Assembly (NCBI GenBank): GCA_030754595.1
Contig: JASLZZ010000114.1
Span: forward strand, 1-47,312
DNA length: 47,312 bases
Direction of reading: 5' to 3'
Source of the DNA: Nitrospinota bacterium
Lineage (GTDB): Bacteria > UBA8248
Shown: piece after piece, positions 29,239 through 38,417 of the stretch
How positions within the stretch are numbered: position 1 is the first letter of the stretch
Layout: each line of letters starts with the position of its first letter
Translations under genes and position numbers: made by a program
Notes under the pieces: generated by a model
The model's input: only the letters and a program-made list of their open reading frames with translations
Told to the model about the DNA's origin: nothing
Database searches by the model: none

Positions 29239-30018
29239 GTGCCGAACCAGCTGACGATCTCGGGCTTGAAGAAATCCTTCGGCGAAGTGGCCGCCGTGGA
29301 CGGGCTCTCCCTCGCCCTCGAGGCCGGCGAGCTGATGGTCCTCGTCGGTCCCACCGGCTGCGGGAAGAGCACGCTCCTCCGGCTGATCGCGGGCCTTGAG
29401 CGCCCCGGCGCCGGGCATATCTACCTCAGCGGGGAGCGAATCAACGATCTGCCGGTGGGCCGCCGGGGAATCCAGCTCGTTTTCCAGAGCTACGCCCTCT
29501 GGCCGCACATGCCGGTATTCAGCATGCGCCGCTGGAGTAACATCGGCTTCGGCCCGAGGCTGCGGCGCTGGCTTTCCGAGAAAATCCTCAATCGGGTGCG
29601 CGAGGTGATGGGCCGGGTGGGAATCGACGAGAGCCTCGCCGAGCGCCATCCGAACCAACTCAGCTCCGGCCAGCAGCAAAAAGTCGCTGTCGGCCGCGCC
29701 GTCGCCGTTCCGCCGCGCGTTTTTCTGCTCGACGAGCCGATGGCGAACATCGATCCGGTCTCGAAGCGCCAGGTGCGCGGCGAGCTTCTCCGGGTTCACG
29801 AGGAGATTGGCTCGACGACCCTGCTCGTCACCCACGACCTGAACGACGCGAGCATTCTCGCCGACCGCATCGCCGTCATGCGCGACGGGCGGATCCTCCA
29901 GGTTGACACCCTAGAGAACATCCTGCGCGCCCCGGCGGACCCTTTCGTCGAGGATTTTTTTTCCAGCTTCGATTTCGAGCGGTTCAAACTGAGGCGAGGG
30001 GGCGGTAAGGCGGAGTAG
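29239..30018 (+). CDS. ABC transporter ATP-binding protein (MalK/PotA-like, short)
   Basis: GPTGCGKS, VFQSYAL.PH, LSSGQQQ, LLDEP, VTHD. Confidence 0.93.
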   Translation: MPNQLTISGLKKSFGEVAAVDGLSLALEAGELMVLVGPTGCGKSTLLRLIAGLERPGAGHIYLSGERINDLPVGRRGIQLVFQSYALWPHMPVFSMRRWSNIGFGPRLRRWLSEKILNRVREVMGRVGIDESLAERHPNQLSSGQQQKVAVGRAVAVPPRVFLLDEPMANIDPVSKRQVRGELLRVHEEIGSTTLLVTHDLNDASILADRIAVMRDGRILQVDTLENILRAPADPFVEDFFSSFDFERFKLRRGGGKAE

Positions 30019-30040
30019 GGGGAGAATATTTCCCGGGCGC

Positions 30041-31003
30041 CTACGGGGACTGACCGGCCTGGCGCGAGGCGCCGCCTCCGGGCGAGGCGAGAAACTCCCG
30101 CCAGGCGTCCCAGTAGGAGGGCCCGCCCGCCCGGTAGGTGTCGTTGTGGCCCGCGCCGATGATTCTGAAGAAGCGCTTGGGCCGGGGGGCGAGGGAGAAG
30201 ACGGCCTGCCCCTGCGAGAAGGGGATGATCTCGTCGGCGCTTCCGTGGAGGACGAAAACGGGCATTTTGACGGAGGGGATCAGCGCGGCGGTGTCGAATT
30301 TTTGGGTGATTATCCAGTCGACGGGGAGAATGGGAAACATTTTCTTGCCCATCGCGAGCAGACTCTCGAACGTCGATTCGAGGATCAGCCCGCGCGCTTC
30401 CACACCCTCGGAGGCGAGCTTGACCATGACGGCGGCGCCGAGGGAACGCCCGAAAAGAAATATACGCCCCGGGGAGGTCCGCCCCCGCAGCCAGGCGTAG
30501 GCGGCCCGGGCGTCGGCGTAGAGGCCCTCCTCGTCCGGGCTCCCCTCGCTCAACCCGTAGCCCCGGTAGTCGAACAGAAAGACCCCGGCCCCGAGCTCGC
30601 GGCGGATGAAGGCGATATTCTCGGCGCGGTGGGAGAGGTTGCCGGCGTTGCCGTGCGCCCAGAGGATGACGGCTCCATGAGAGCCGTCCGGGCCATCGGG
30701 GTCGTCCTGGATATGCGAACTGTCCGGGTTTCCAGACCCAGTGGGTATGTCAGAACCGCCGGGCTTGCCGGGGCCGGCCCCCTTGGGGGGTTCGGGAGCG
30801 ACATACCAGCCGTGGAGTTTCACCCCGTCGGCGGCGGTGAAGCGGACCTCTTCGAAGGGGACGCCGTAGCTGGCGGGCGTCAACTCGATTGTACGGAAGG
30901 GGTGGTAGAGAAGAAAGTTTTCGAGAAACGAGAGTAGGCTCATCATAATGACCATAAAAATTATATAAAAAATGATATGGCGGAGCCGGCCGAACCGATT
31001 CAA
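30041..31003 (-). CDS. Alpha/beta hydrolase with N-terminal membrane anchor
   Basis: HGNAGN, DYRGYG.S.G, GRSLG, HG..D, GAGHND; start placed at TTG 31003 after GAGGA. Confidence 0.88.
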   Translation of the reverse strand: MNRFGRLRHIIFYIIFMVIMMSLLSFLENFLLYHPFRTIELTPASYGVPFEEVRFTAADGVKLHGWYVAPEPPKGAGPGKPGGSDIPTGSGNPDSSHIQDDPDGPDGSHGAVILWAHGNAGNLSHRAENIAFIRRELGAGVFLFDYRGYGLSEGSPDEEGLYADARAAYAWLRGRTSPGRIFLFGRSLGAAVMVKLASEGVEARGLILESTFESLLAMGKKMFPILPVDWIITQKFDTAALIPSVKMPVFVLHGSADEIIPFSQGQAVFSLAPRPKRFFRIIGAGHNDTYRAGGPSYWDAWREFLASPGGGASRQAGQSP

Positions 31004-31287
31004 ATCGTTGTCCTCGTCCGCCGGGGAGCGCCCATTCCACCTGTTGTGCGGGGGAATCGCGCCGGGGGCGTCTATTGAGCGCGGATTCGGAACGCGCCGT
31101 TCTTTTCGGATGAATTCTACAACGAGTCCCGCCTCGGGCTCCAATGTTGTTGTCAGTATTCGCTGGGCTCCGCTAGTATCTACCCTTCCGCCGGGTGGCG
31201 TACCCCTTCGCCGGATGGCGGGCGCCGCCGCGCGGCGAATCGATCTTTTTAGCTGACGAATCGAATTTACGGGAAGGAAGACACCAA

Positions 31288-31971
31288 ACGGCCGAAAGCG
31301 CCGTTGTCGAAATATTCCACGAGTACCATTGACCCTGGGCCTATCTAGCCGCGGCGCGGCTTGGTCATGTCATTGGCGAGTTTTCCGGCGGGGTCGCCCT
31401 ACGCTGGCGCGCCTTTCCACTCCAGCATATCAACAACCGCTCCGCCCTCCGCCACATCGTCGATCAGGAGTGGCCCCTCATCGCCGTCCAGGAGCCCCTT
31501 TGCCGGTGCAAGGGCTGGCCCCACGAGGAGTACCTGCGGACGACGCTTCCGGCGTTCGAGGCCTATGAGAGTGCCTACCGCCAGTACGCCGAGAAGGTGC
31601 GGGTGTTCGACCTGGCCCTTCGCCGCGGATTCTTCTGGGAGGGCCGACGCATCGACGAGAACACGGTCATCTGCGAGATCGCTTCGGAGTCGGGCCTCGA
31701 CTCCGCTCCTATCGCCGCCGTTCTCAAGTCGCAAAAATACGAAGAGAGCGTCTTGGCCGACTATAATGAGGCGATGCGCCGCAGGGACGAGGACGGGCTT
31801 CTGATGACGAGCCCGACGCTTTTTCTTCTCTCTGGCGAGGTGATCTACAACCCTTACGCTTCCGAGAAGAAGATAGTCGACGGGAAGATCACAGAGGTCC
31901 GTCCGCCTCCCGCCTACGGCGAAGAGGTCTACGAAGGGTTCCGGGAGATTTTGAAGCGGGCAATCGCCTAG
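31288..31971 (+). CDS. DsbA/FrnE-like protein with in-frame TGA (candidate selenoprotein or pseudogene)
   Basis: VEIFHEYH[TGA 31330-31332]PWAY...LRWRAFPL...FDLALRRGFF...TSPT in one frame; ACG at the expected start position after GGAAGGA. Confidence 0.65.
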
Positions 31972-32029
31972 GTGCTTTTGGGCCGGAGCGGGGGCCGGAT
32001 GAACGGAAAGAAAAAAGGAGGCCGGAAGC

Positions 32030-32737
32030 ATGCCGGATGATTTTGTCGAGGGCGTCTACGAGGAGGAGAAAGTTCTTACCGGCGGCCTGCGCGAGTCCAT
32101 CAAATACTGGGTAAAGCAGGACGGCGAAGCTTTTGTCCTCGAGTATTTAAGGCTTGACGGCGCCTCGACGGGAATGGAGGCCGAGCGGTTCTCCGTAGCG
32201 GACTTCTACAAACTATTCGATAAAACTCTGGAGCCCGAGCCCGAGGAGGAGAAATCTCCCGAGGAGGTCGTCCAGGAAAAACTCGTCCGCCAGGGTGAGA
32301 TTCACATAGAACGGGAGGAATTCCACAGCGCCGAATACGAGTTTAAGAACACGCTGAAACTGGACGAGAACAACGTCAAGGCGAACTTCGGTCTCGGGCA
32401 GTCGTTCTCGGGCCAGGGCCGCACCGAGGAGGCGCGTGAGGTTTTCGCCAAGCTCGGGGACAACGAGGACCTGTATAAAGAGGAAAACAAGCACACTTTC
32501 AACGAACTGGGCATCGCCCTCCGAAGGTAGGAGATGTACGACGACGCCGTTAAAAACTACCACCGCGCCATTCAGCTCGATCCCAACGACCCGATCCTCT
32601 ACTACAACATCTCGCTGGCCCTATACCATTCGGGCCAGATGGCCGCGGCAAGGAAATTTCTCACCTCATCGATCGAACTGGACGAAGGTTTCGAGGACGC
32701 CTTGAAACTGATGGAGCTGGTCGAGAAAAACAGCTAG
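32030..32737 (+). pseudogene. TPR protein interrupted by an in-frame TAG
   Basis: FNELGIALRR[TAG 32528-32530]EMYDDAVKNY.RAIQLDP.D splits one TPR repeat; both halves are in the same frame. Confidence 0.75.
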
Positions 32738-32771
32738 CCGGTTTCCCGTTTCGGCGGCCGGCGGCGGATTT

Positions 32772-33182
32772 CTATAGCCTCATGTCGAGCCAGGTGTCGA
32801 GATTCGTCATGTTGCCGGGCCAGCCGGATTTTCTGAGTTCGCCGGCCGCTTCTCCCGTTTCGTCCATGTGTCTCAGCGTGAAGCTCGTCCCGCCCCCGGC
32901 CACGGCCTTGAGCTCGAAGACAAGCTGGGTGGGCGCCTTCATGTCCTGGCCCTGCCATGACCACGCCATCCGGACGGGAGGGACCATCTCGGGCATCTGA
33001 CATTCGATTCGAGGAATTCCGCTAAAAGGGGACTGGCTCCAGAAAGCGAACCGGCGTCCCTCCGTCGCCTCGAAATCCGTTTCCATCAGCCACTCCGAAA
33101 GCGCTTCCGGATCGGTTACCGCGGCCTATACCTTTTCGATGGGATGCGGATAATATTCCTTGAAAATGAGAGAGAAGTTCAT
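32772..33182 (-). pseudogene. SRPBCC/AHSA1 domain gene with nonsense codon
   Basis: MNFSLIFKEYYPHPIEKV[TAG 33126-33128]AAVTDPEALSEWLM; TAG sits where the conserved Trp (VW.A.TD) is expected. Confidence 0.8.
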
Positions 33183-33243
33183 TTATGCGAGTCCATTTAC
33201 AAACCGAATTAAAGGATGGCCATTCTTATGAAAGGCGTGTCGT

Positions 33244-33567
33244 CTATTTCTTCGAGTCCAGGTATTCGCCGAGTTTCCCGAGACGCCGCTTCCAGAATTT
33301 CTCGTATCGCGAGGTCCATTGATGGACTTCCCTGAGCGCGTCCGGCCGGGCCTGGTAGAGGCGGAGAGGTCCTGCGGTTCGTTTTGAAACCAGGTTGGCG
33401 TTCAAAAGGACTTTCAGATACTGGGAGACGGCAGGCATGGAGATATCGAAATGGGTGGCTATCTCCTTCACCGGCAACTCGTCGCCGCTGAGCAAATTGA
33501 GCAGCTTGCGGCGGTTTTTGTCGGCGATAGCGTGAAATACATCGGGTTCTTTGTAGGTGGTTATCAT
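33244..33567 (-). CDS. ArsR/SmtB family transcriptional regulator
   Basis: DVF.AIAD..RR.LL, S.PAVSQ.LKVL; usual pairing with SRPBCC. Confidence 0.92.
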   Translation of the reverse strand: MITTYKEPDVFHAIADKNRRKLLNLLSGDELPVKEIATHFDISMPAVSQYLKVLLNANLVSKRTAGPLRLYQARPDALREVHQWTSRYEKFWKRRLGKLGEYLDSKK

Positions 33568-33573
33568 TAGATT

Positions 33574-33603
33574 AATTTATTTAAATGAACGCTTAAATGT
33601 CAA
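33574..33603 (-). promoter_or_regulatory. arsR promoter with operator palindrome
   Basis: TTGACA-N18-TAAATT on the minus strand; ATTTAA-N8-TTAAAT (33579-33598) in the spacer. Confidence 0.7.
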
Positions 33604-33754
33604 GCGGCTTTGACGGGAAACGAGAATTGGAAAAAGAGGGCCGAATCGGAGGATAATTCTCCGAAGTCCGGTTTAGCCGGGCCCGAGTCTTCAGCTACTA
33701 TCCAGCCCGGGCGGGCAGGGCGCGCGGGAGCCCGTCCGCAAAGGAGAATGATGC

Positions 33755-34567
33755 ATGGAATACCGCACGCTCGGCCGGACCGGGCTCCGGGTCAGCGAGC
33801 TGGGGATGGGAACCTGGCAGACCTTCGACGTCAGGGGAAGGGCAGCCGTGGGCCATTGCGGCCGGATCGCCGGCGAGGCGCTCGGGCTCGGCGTCAATTT
33901 TTTCGATACCGCGCCGATGTACGGGGAGGCCGAGCGGGTCCTGGGCAAGGCGCTCGAGGGGGCCGGCGAGGCTCTCATCGCCACCAAGGTGCTCGAGCAC
34001 AGCGAGGCGGCGGCCCGGGCGAGCATCGAGCGCTCCTTCAAGCTCCTCCGGACCGATGTCATCGATCTCGTCCAGATACATAACCTCGCGTCATGGCGGA
34101 TGGCGGCGGAGGTGCTCAAGAGCTATCAGCGGGAGGGCCGCATCCGATACATCGGAATCACCGACTACAGCGTGGCCAAGTATCCTGCAATGATCGAGGC
34201 GATGCGGACGGGCGATTTCGACACGGTTCAGATTCCCTATAACCTGGGCGAGCGGACCTGCCGCGGGGAGATTCTCCCGCTGGCGCGCGAGCTGGGTATC
34301 GGGGTGATCGTGATGACCCCGGTCGCCCCGCTCTTTGGCCGAAATCTTCTGCTCGGCCCCCTTTCCCGGGCGGACCTCTCGTTTCTCGAGCCCTACGGGG
34401 TGCGCACGCCGGGCCAGGCGCTTCTCAAATACCTTTTTTCGGACCCCGCCGTCTCCACTGTCATTCCGGCGACGAGCAAGATCGAGCGCGTGGCCGAGAA
34501 CGCCGCCGTATCGACGGGCGAACCCTTTCCCCCGGAGATTTGCGAGCGATTGGAAGAATTGCTCTAG
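33755..34567 (+). CDS. Aldo/keto reductase
   Basis: LG.TGL.VSELG.G, FDTA..YG.AE, ATK, IDL.QIH. Confidence 0.94.
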   Translation: MEYRTLGRTGLRVSELGMGTWQTFDVRGRAAVGHCGRIAGEALGLGVNFFDTAPMYGEAERVLGKALEGAGEALIATKVLEHSEAAARASIERSFKLLRTDVIDLVQIHNLASWRMAAEVLKSYQREGRIRYIGITDYSVAKYPAMIEAMRTGDFDTVQIPYNLGERTCRGEILPLARELGIGVIVMTPVAPLFGRNLLLGPLSRADLSFLEPYGVRTPGQALLKYLFSDPAVSTVIPATSKIERVAENAAVSTGEPFPPEICERLEELL

Positions 34568-34576
34568 GAGCCGGGT

Positions 34577-34980
34577 TTATTTGTCGAGTGGGTAGAGCCG
34601 TTCGATCCGGAGCCGGATGAGGTGGCGCCCGTCGCGGGCCATCGCTTCGAGATACTCGTCCATGTCATCGGGGTCGCCTCCCGTGATGCGCCGGTAGAGG
34701 TCGAGATTGAGACGGCCGCCGGGGTCATCTAGCAATTCGCAGACCCCCTCGGCGGTGATGTAGGGATACCACCCGTTTCTGGGAAGGACGCAGAGATTGG
34801 CCCGCGGGTCGCGCTTGAGGTTCCGGGTTTTCACGCGGTCCCAGGTCGCCGAGATCTCGACGCCTCGCCCGAGGCGGCATAGACGATGGGAGCGGAATGT
34901 GGCCTTCCGTCCTTGATGATGGTGGTCAGGACGCCGTTTTGTTGTTTTTCGATGAATTGTATCGCTTCGGTGCGCGTCAA
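34577..34980 (-). pseudogene. PPOX-class (pyridoxamine 5'-phosphate oxidase-like) protein, frameshifted
   Basis: TTG 34980: MTRTEAIQFIE...GVLTT..KDGRPH..PIVY; frame change near 34863 to K.RNL.RDPR...EG; may be a sequencing error. Confidence 0.75.
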
Positions 34981-35807
34981 TTTTCACCTCCTGGAGAAGA
35001 CCCCCCGCCTGGGGCCGATTCGCCGCCTGGGGCCGATTCGAGAAATCCCTCGAGCCCGGCCAGAAATTCCTCCGCCGCGTCGAGCATCGGGTAGTGCCCG
35101 CAGTTGGATATGACCGCCCGGGTGCACGAGGCGATTCTTTCCTCTAAAAGCTCATTAAAGGCCATCGGCCCCGCGTCGGTCTCACCCGTGCAGGCCCAGA
35201 CGGGAGCGTCGATCTCTCCCAGCCGCCCCCGCAGGTCGGGCATCGTGAGGACGGCGTCGGCGGCGGCGCAAAACCCCTCGGGCGTGTTTTTGAGAAAGCG
35301 CTCGCGGGCGCTGGCCGGGTTTTTTTTCCAGGCCTCGGGCAGGGCGAAGCTGAAAAGATCGCTATCGAACACCGCCGCCATTCCCTCTTCGATAGCCAGT
35401 TTCTTGAGGGCCTCGAACCGCTCTCCGGGGGCGCCCTCGGGCGCGGCGCCGGAGGCGCCGACCAGGAGAAGGCGGTTCAGCCGGTCCGGATGGTTGAGGG
35501 CGAAAAGCAGGGCGGTGCGCCCGCCCATGCTGTGGCCCACGAGGTCCACCCGTTCGAGGCCCAGGTAGTTGAGCAGCGCGGCGAGGTCGTCAACGAAATC
35601 CTGAATCCGGTAGGGGCCCGGCGGCTTGGAGGAGTCGCAGTGGCCCCGGTGGTCATGGCGCACCACCTGGAAGCGCTCCGCGAGGCGGCTGGCGGTGGCG
35701 TCCCAGACGTAGTGGCCGGTCGAAAAACCGTGCGCCAGTACAATAGGGGGGCCCTCGCCTTCGATCCTGTAGCTGAGGTGCACTCCGTTGACGGTGGCGG
35801 TGGGCAA
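34977..35807 (-). CDS. Alpha/beta hydrolase (PcaD-like)
   Basis: HG, D.RGH, GHSMGG, G..D, GH motifs; C-terminal ESAPGG duplication. Confidence 0.9.
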   Translation of the reverse strand: MPTATVNGVHLSYRIEGEGPPIVLAHGFSTGHYVWDATASRLAERFQVVRHDHRGHCDSSKPPGPYRIQDFVDDLAALLNYLGLERVDLVGHSMGGRTALLFALNHPDRLNRLLLVGASGAAPEGAPGERFEALKKLAIEEGMAAVFDSDLFSFALPEAWKKNPASARERFLKNTPEGFCAAADAVLTMPDLRGRLGEIDAPVWACTGETDAGPMAFNELLEERIASCTRAVISNCGHYPMLDAAEEFLAGLEGFLESAPGGESAPGGGSSPGGEN

Positions 35808-35998
35808 AGGAGCCTCTCTCGGGGCTGCGGCCGGGGCGGTACGAGTGAACGATCGGGCCGGGTCGAGCGTTCACTCGGCCACCTCTGCGCTTCTTGGGAT
35901 TCCCGCGGTAACGCGGTATCCTAGCCCATCTGGCGCGCCCGGGCGACCGGACCGCCCCTTGATTTTTTGGAAAACGTCGATTTTTCGGGGAAACCTTG

Positions 35999-36394
35999 AT
36001 GGCGCATCCCACAGGACAGCTCAAGGTCAGGACCGGCCCCCTTCGCACGCTTCAGCGGTGGGACTGGGACCGCTCGGGTGAGGAAGTCGCCCTGAAGGGG
36101 TTGATCGTGTTCGTGGGCGATCCCCCCTCCGAGGAGCTTTGGCTGGCGGTCGAGCTCTTCGTTCAGCGGCGGACCCCGCTGGCCGCCGCCGCCATCCAGA
36201 TCAACTCGCACGATCTCGAAGGATGGGGGGTGGCCTCGGTCCAGGCGTCGCTCGAGACCGCCGTCGATCCCCCCTACCGGCTCCGGGTGCGCTACCTTGA
36301 AAAGAGCCTGCCCGCGCTGGCCGAGTGGACGCTCGGGCCGAAGCCTTCGGAAATCAAGCCTTGGAATCAAAAAGAGTTGCGGTCGTCCTCCTGA
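35999..36394 (+). CDS. Hypothetical protein upstream of queC
   Basis: Coding-like high-GC3 codon usage; overlaps the queC start by 34 nt. Confidence 0.55.
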   Translation: MAHPTGQLKVRTGPLRTLQRWDWDRSGEEVALKGLIVFVGDPPSEELWLAVELFVQRRTPLAAAAIQINSHDLEGWGVASVQASLETAVDPPYRLRVRYLEKSLPALAEWTLGPKPSEIKPWNQKELRSSS

Positions 36395-37050
36395 GCGGAG
36401 GGATGGATTCCGCCGTCGTCCTCGCCATCGCCCGCTCGGAGGGTTTCGGCTGCGAGGCGCTCAGCTTCGATTACGGCCAGCGCCACCGCTACGAGCTCGA
36501 TTCGGCCCGCCGCGTCGCGGACTCGCTGGGCGCGCACGGGCACACCCTCCTGCCCATCGACATGCGGGCCATCGGCGGCAGCGCGCTGACCGACGACATC
36601 GAAGTTCCCAAGGACCGCTCCGACATCGGCGAGGGAATCCCGGTCACCTACGTTCCGGCACGAAATACGGTTTTTCTGAGCTACGCCCTCGCGCTGGCCG
36701 AGGTGAAGGGGGCGTGGGATATTTTCATCGGGGTGAACGCGCTCGATTACTCGGGGTATCCCGATTGCCGGCCCGAGTACATCGAGGCCTTCGAGCGGAT
36801 GGCGAACATGGCGACGAAGGCGTCGGTGGAGTCGGACGTCTCGTTACGGATTCACTCTCCGCTGGCCCAAATGCGGAAGGTGGACATTGTGCGGAAGGGG
36901 GCCGAACTCGGCGTGGATTTCGCCCTGACGCACTCGTGCTACGACCCTGGGGCGGAGGGTCGCTCCTGCGGGCGATGCGACGCCTGCCGGCTCAGGCTCA
37001 AGGGCTTCGATGAGGCCGGGATGAAGGACCCGCTTTCCTATCTCGCCTGA
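36361..37050 (+). CDS. queC: 7-cyano-7-deazaguanine synthase
   Basis: [29 protein letters not shown]...CGRCDAC; start placed at TTG 36361. Confidence 0.97.
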   Translation: MESKRVAVVLLSGGMDSAVVLAIARSEGFGCEALSFDYGQRHRYELDSARRVADSLGAHGHTLLPIDMRAIGGSALTDDIEVPKDRSDIGEGIPVTYVPARNTVFLSYALALAEVKGAWDIFIGVNALDYSGYPDCRPEYIEAFERMANMATKASVESDVSLRIHSPLAQMRKVDIVRKGAELGVDFALTHSCYDPGAEGRSCGRCDACRLRLKGFDEAGMKDPLSYLA

Positions 37051-37215
37051 TTTCCTTTAAGGAAATCGAATTCGCTCTCCGGAGGCCCCGGGATATTGAC
37101 AGGGCGGGCGAGGAACGCTAGTTAGATGAGTTGTTCCGACCCCCTTTTCCGGTTTTGAAGTGCGCTTGGCGGCTTCGGGCGAAATTATTAGGCATCATTC
37201 CCAGGGAGATCATAG

Positions 37216-38400
37216 ATGCAATATCCATTTACCGATGAGCAACTGGCGCTGGCCGACATGGTGGGCGACTTCATGGAGCGAGAGGTCGCCCCCGTCGCCG
37301 CAGAGATCGACCGGCGGCCCGATCCGAAGGACTGCTACCCTGGCGATCTGATCAACAAGGCCTCGAAGCTGGGCATCCGGACGTTGGCCGTTCCCGAGGA
37401 GTGGGGCGGGGCCGGGGCCGACACGACGACCAAGGCGCTGTGCCTCTGGCGGGGCGGGCAGACCGAGATCGGGGTCATCAAGTGCCTGAGCCAGTGCTGG
37501 AAGATATCGACCGTCATCGCCAGGCTCGGAACCGAGGCGCAAAAAGGAAAGTGGCTCAAGGGCTTCGTCGAGGACGACGATTGCGTCGGCTCTTTTTTAG
37601 TGACCGAGCCCGACTACGGCTCGGACAACATCTACCGCCAGCCGGGCGCGCATCTCGGGCTGAAGACCTCGGGCGTCCGGGACGGCGACCACTGGATCAT
37701 CAACGGGGCCAAGCGGTTCACCTCGCTGACGAGCTGGGCCAAAATTCTCATCGTCTTCGTCCGCACCGACCCGAACGCCGACCTTCAGGAGGGGACGACC
37801 TGTTTTCTCGTCCCCGGGGACGCGGAGGGGGTCACCTACGGCCGGGTGCACGACAAGATGGGCTACCGCCTCTACCCGAACGCCGAGAGTTTTTTCGACA
37901 ACGTGCGGGTGCACAAGGACGATATTCTCGGCGAGGTGAACCAAGGCTATCGTGTCCTGGCCACGGTCTTCCGGGGAAGCGCCGAGCTGGCCGCCTGCAA
38001 CACCGGCCTCGCGCGGGGGATCTTTAATTTCTGCAACCAACACGTCAAGGATCGCGTCCAGGGCGGGGTGCCCATCATCCAGCACCCCACCGTCCAGCAC
38101 ATGATGGCAGAGATGCTCATGAACATCGAGGTCGCCGAGCAGTTCATGTGGCGCATCTGCTGGGGCGCCGACAACGACGAGACCTACAACTCGCGCTTCA
38201 CCCGCTACGGCAAGGTGTTCAGCGACCAGATGGGGCTCAAGACCATCGCCCTGTCAACCGACATCCTCGGCGCCATCGGCATCATGAAGGACAACCCGGT
38301 CGAGAAGATGATCCGCGACCTGATCACCTTCCTGCACGGCGACGGCACCGACTCGCTCACCCTGCTTCGCGCCGCGCAGACGCTCGATGAGCCGGTTTAG
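37216..38400 (+). CDS. Acyl-CoA dehydrogenase family protein
   Basis: PEEWGG, TEP..GSD, NG.K.F, K.G, R.QGG..I, G..G; atypical HGDGT C-terminal motif. Confidence 0.9.
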   Translation: MQYPFTDEQLALADMVGDFMEREVAPVAAEIDRRPDPKDCYPGDLINKASKLGIRTLAVPEEWGGAGADTTTKALCLWRGGQTEIGVIKCLSQCWKISTVIARLGTEAQKGKWLKGFVEDDDCVGSFLVTEPDYGSDNIYRQPGAHLGLKTSGVRDGDHWIINGAKRFTSLTSWAKILIVFVRTDPNADLQEGTTCFLVPGDAEGVTYGRVHDKMGYRLYPNAESFFDNVRVHKDDILGEVNQGYRVLATVFRGSAELAACNTGLARGIFNFCNQHVKDRVQGGVPIIQHPTVQHMMAEMLMNIEVAEQFMWRICWGADNDETYNSRFTRYGKVFSDQMGLKTIALSTDILGAIGIMKDNPVEKMIRDLITFLHGDGTDSLTLLRAAQTLDEPV

Positions 38401-38417
38401 GCAAAGGAGATTGCTTT

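Noticed and set aside
3638..31332. TGA reassigned to Trp or Gly (genetic code 4 or 25)
   Set aside because: TGA ends many genes at natural C-termini, and the internal TGAs occur only at Cys positions
8638..33128. Three in-frame TAG codons (8638, 32528, 33126) as pyrrolysine or TAG reassignment
   Set aside because: They align to different expected residues (Leu, Gln/Lys, Trp), many intact genes here end in TAG, and no pyl genes are in the window
37096..37124. Promoter TTGACA-N17-TAGTTA upstream of the acyl-CoA dehydrogenase
   Set aside because: The -35 is perfect but the -10 is poor, so it is too uncertain to list as a feature
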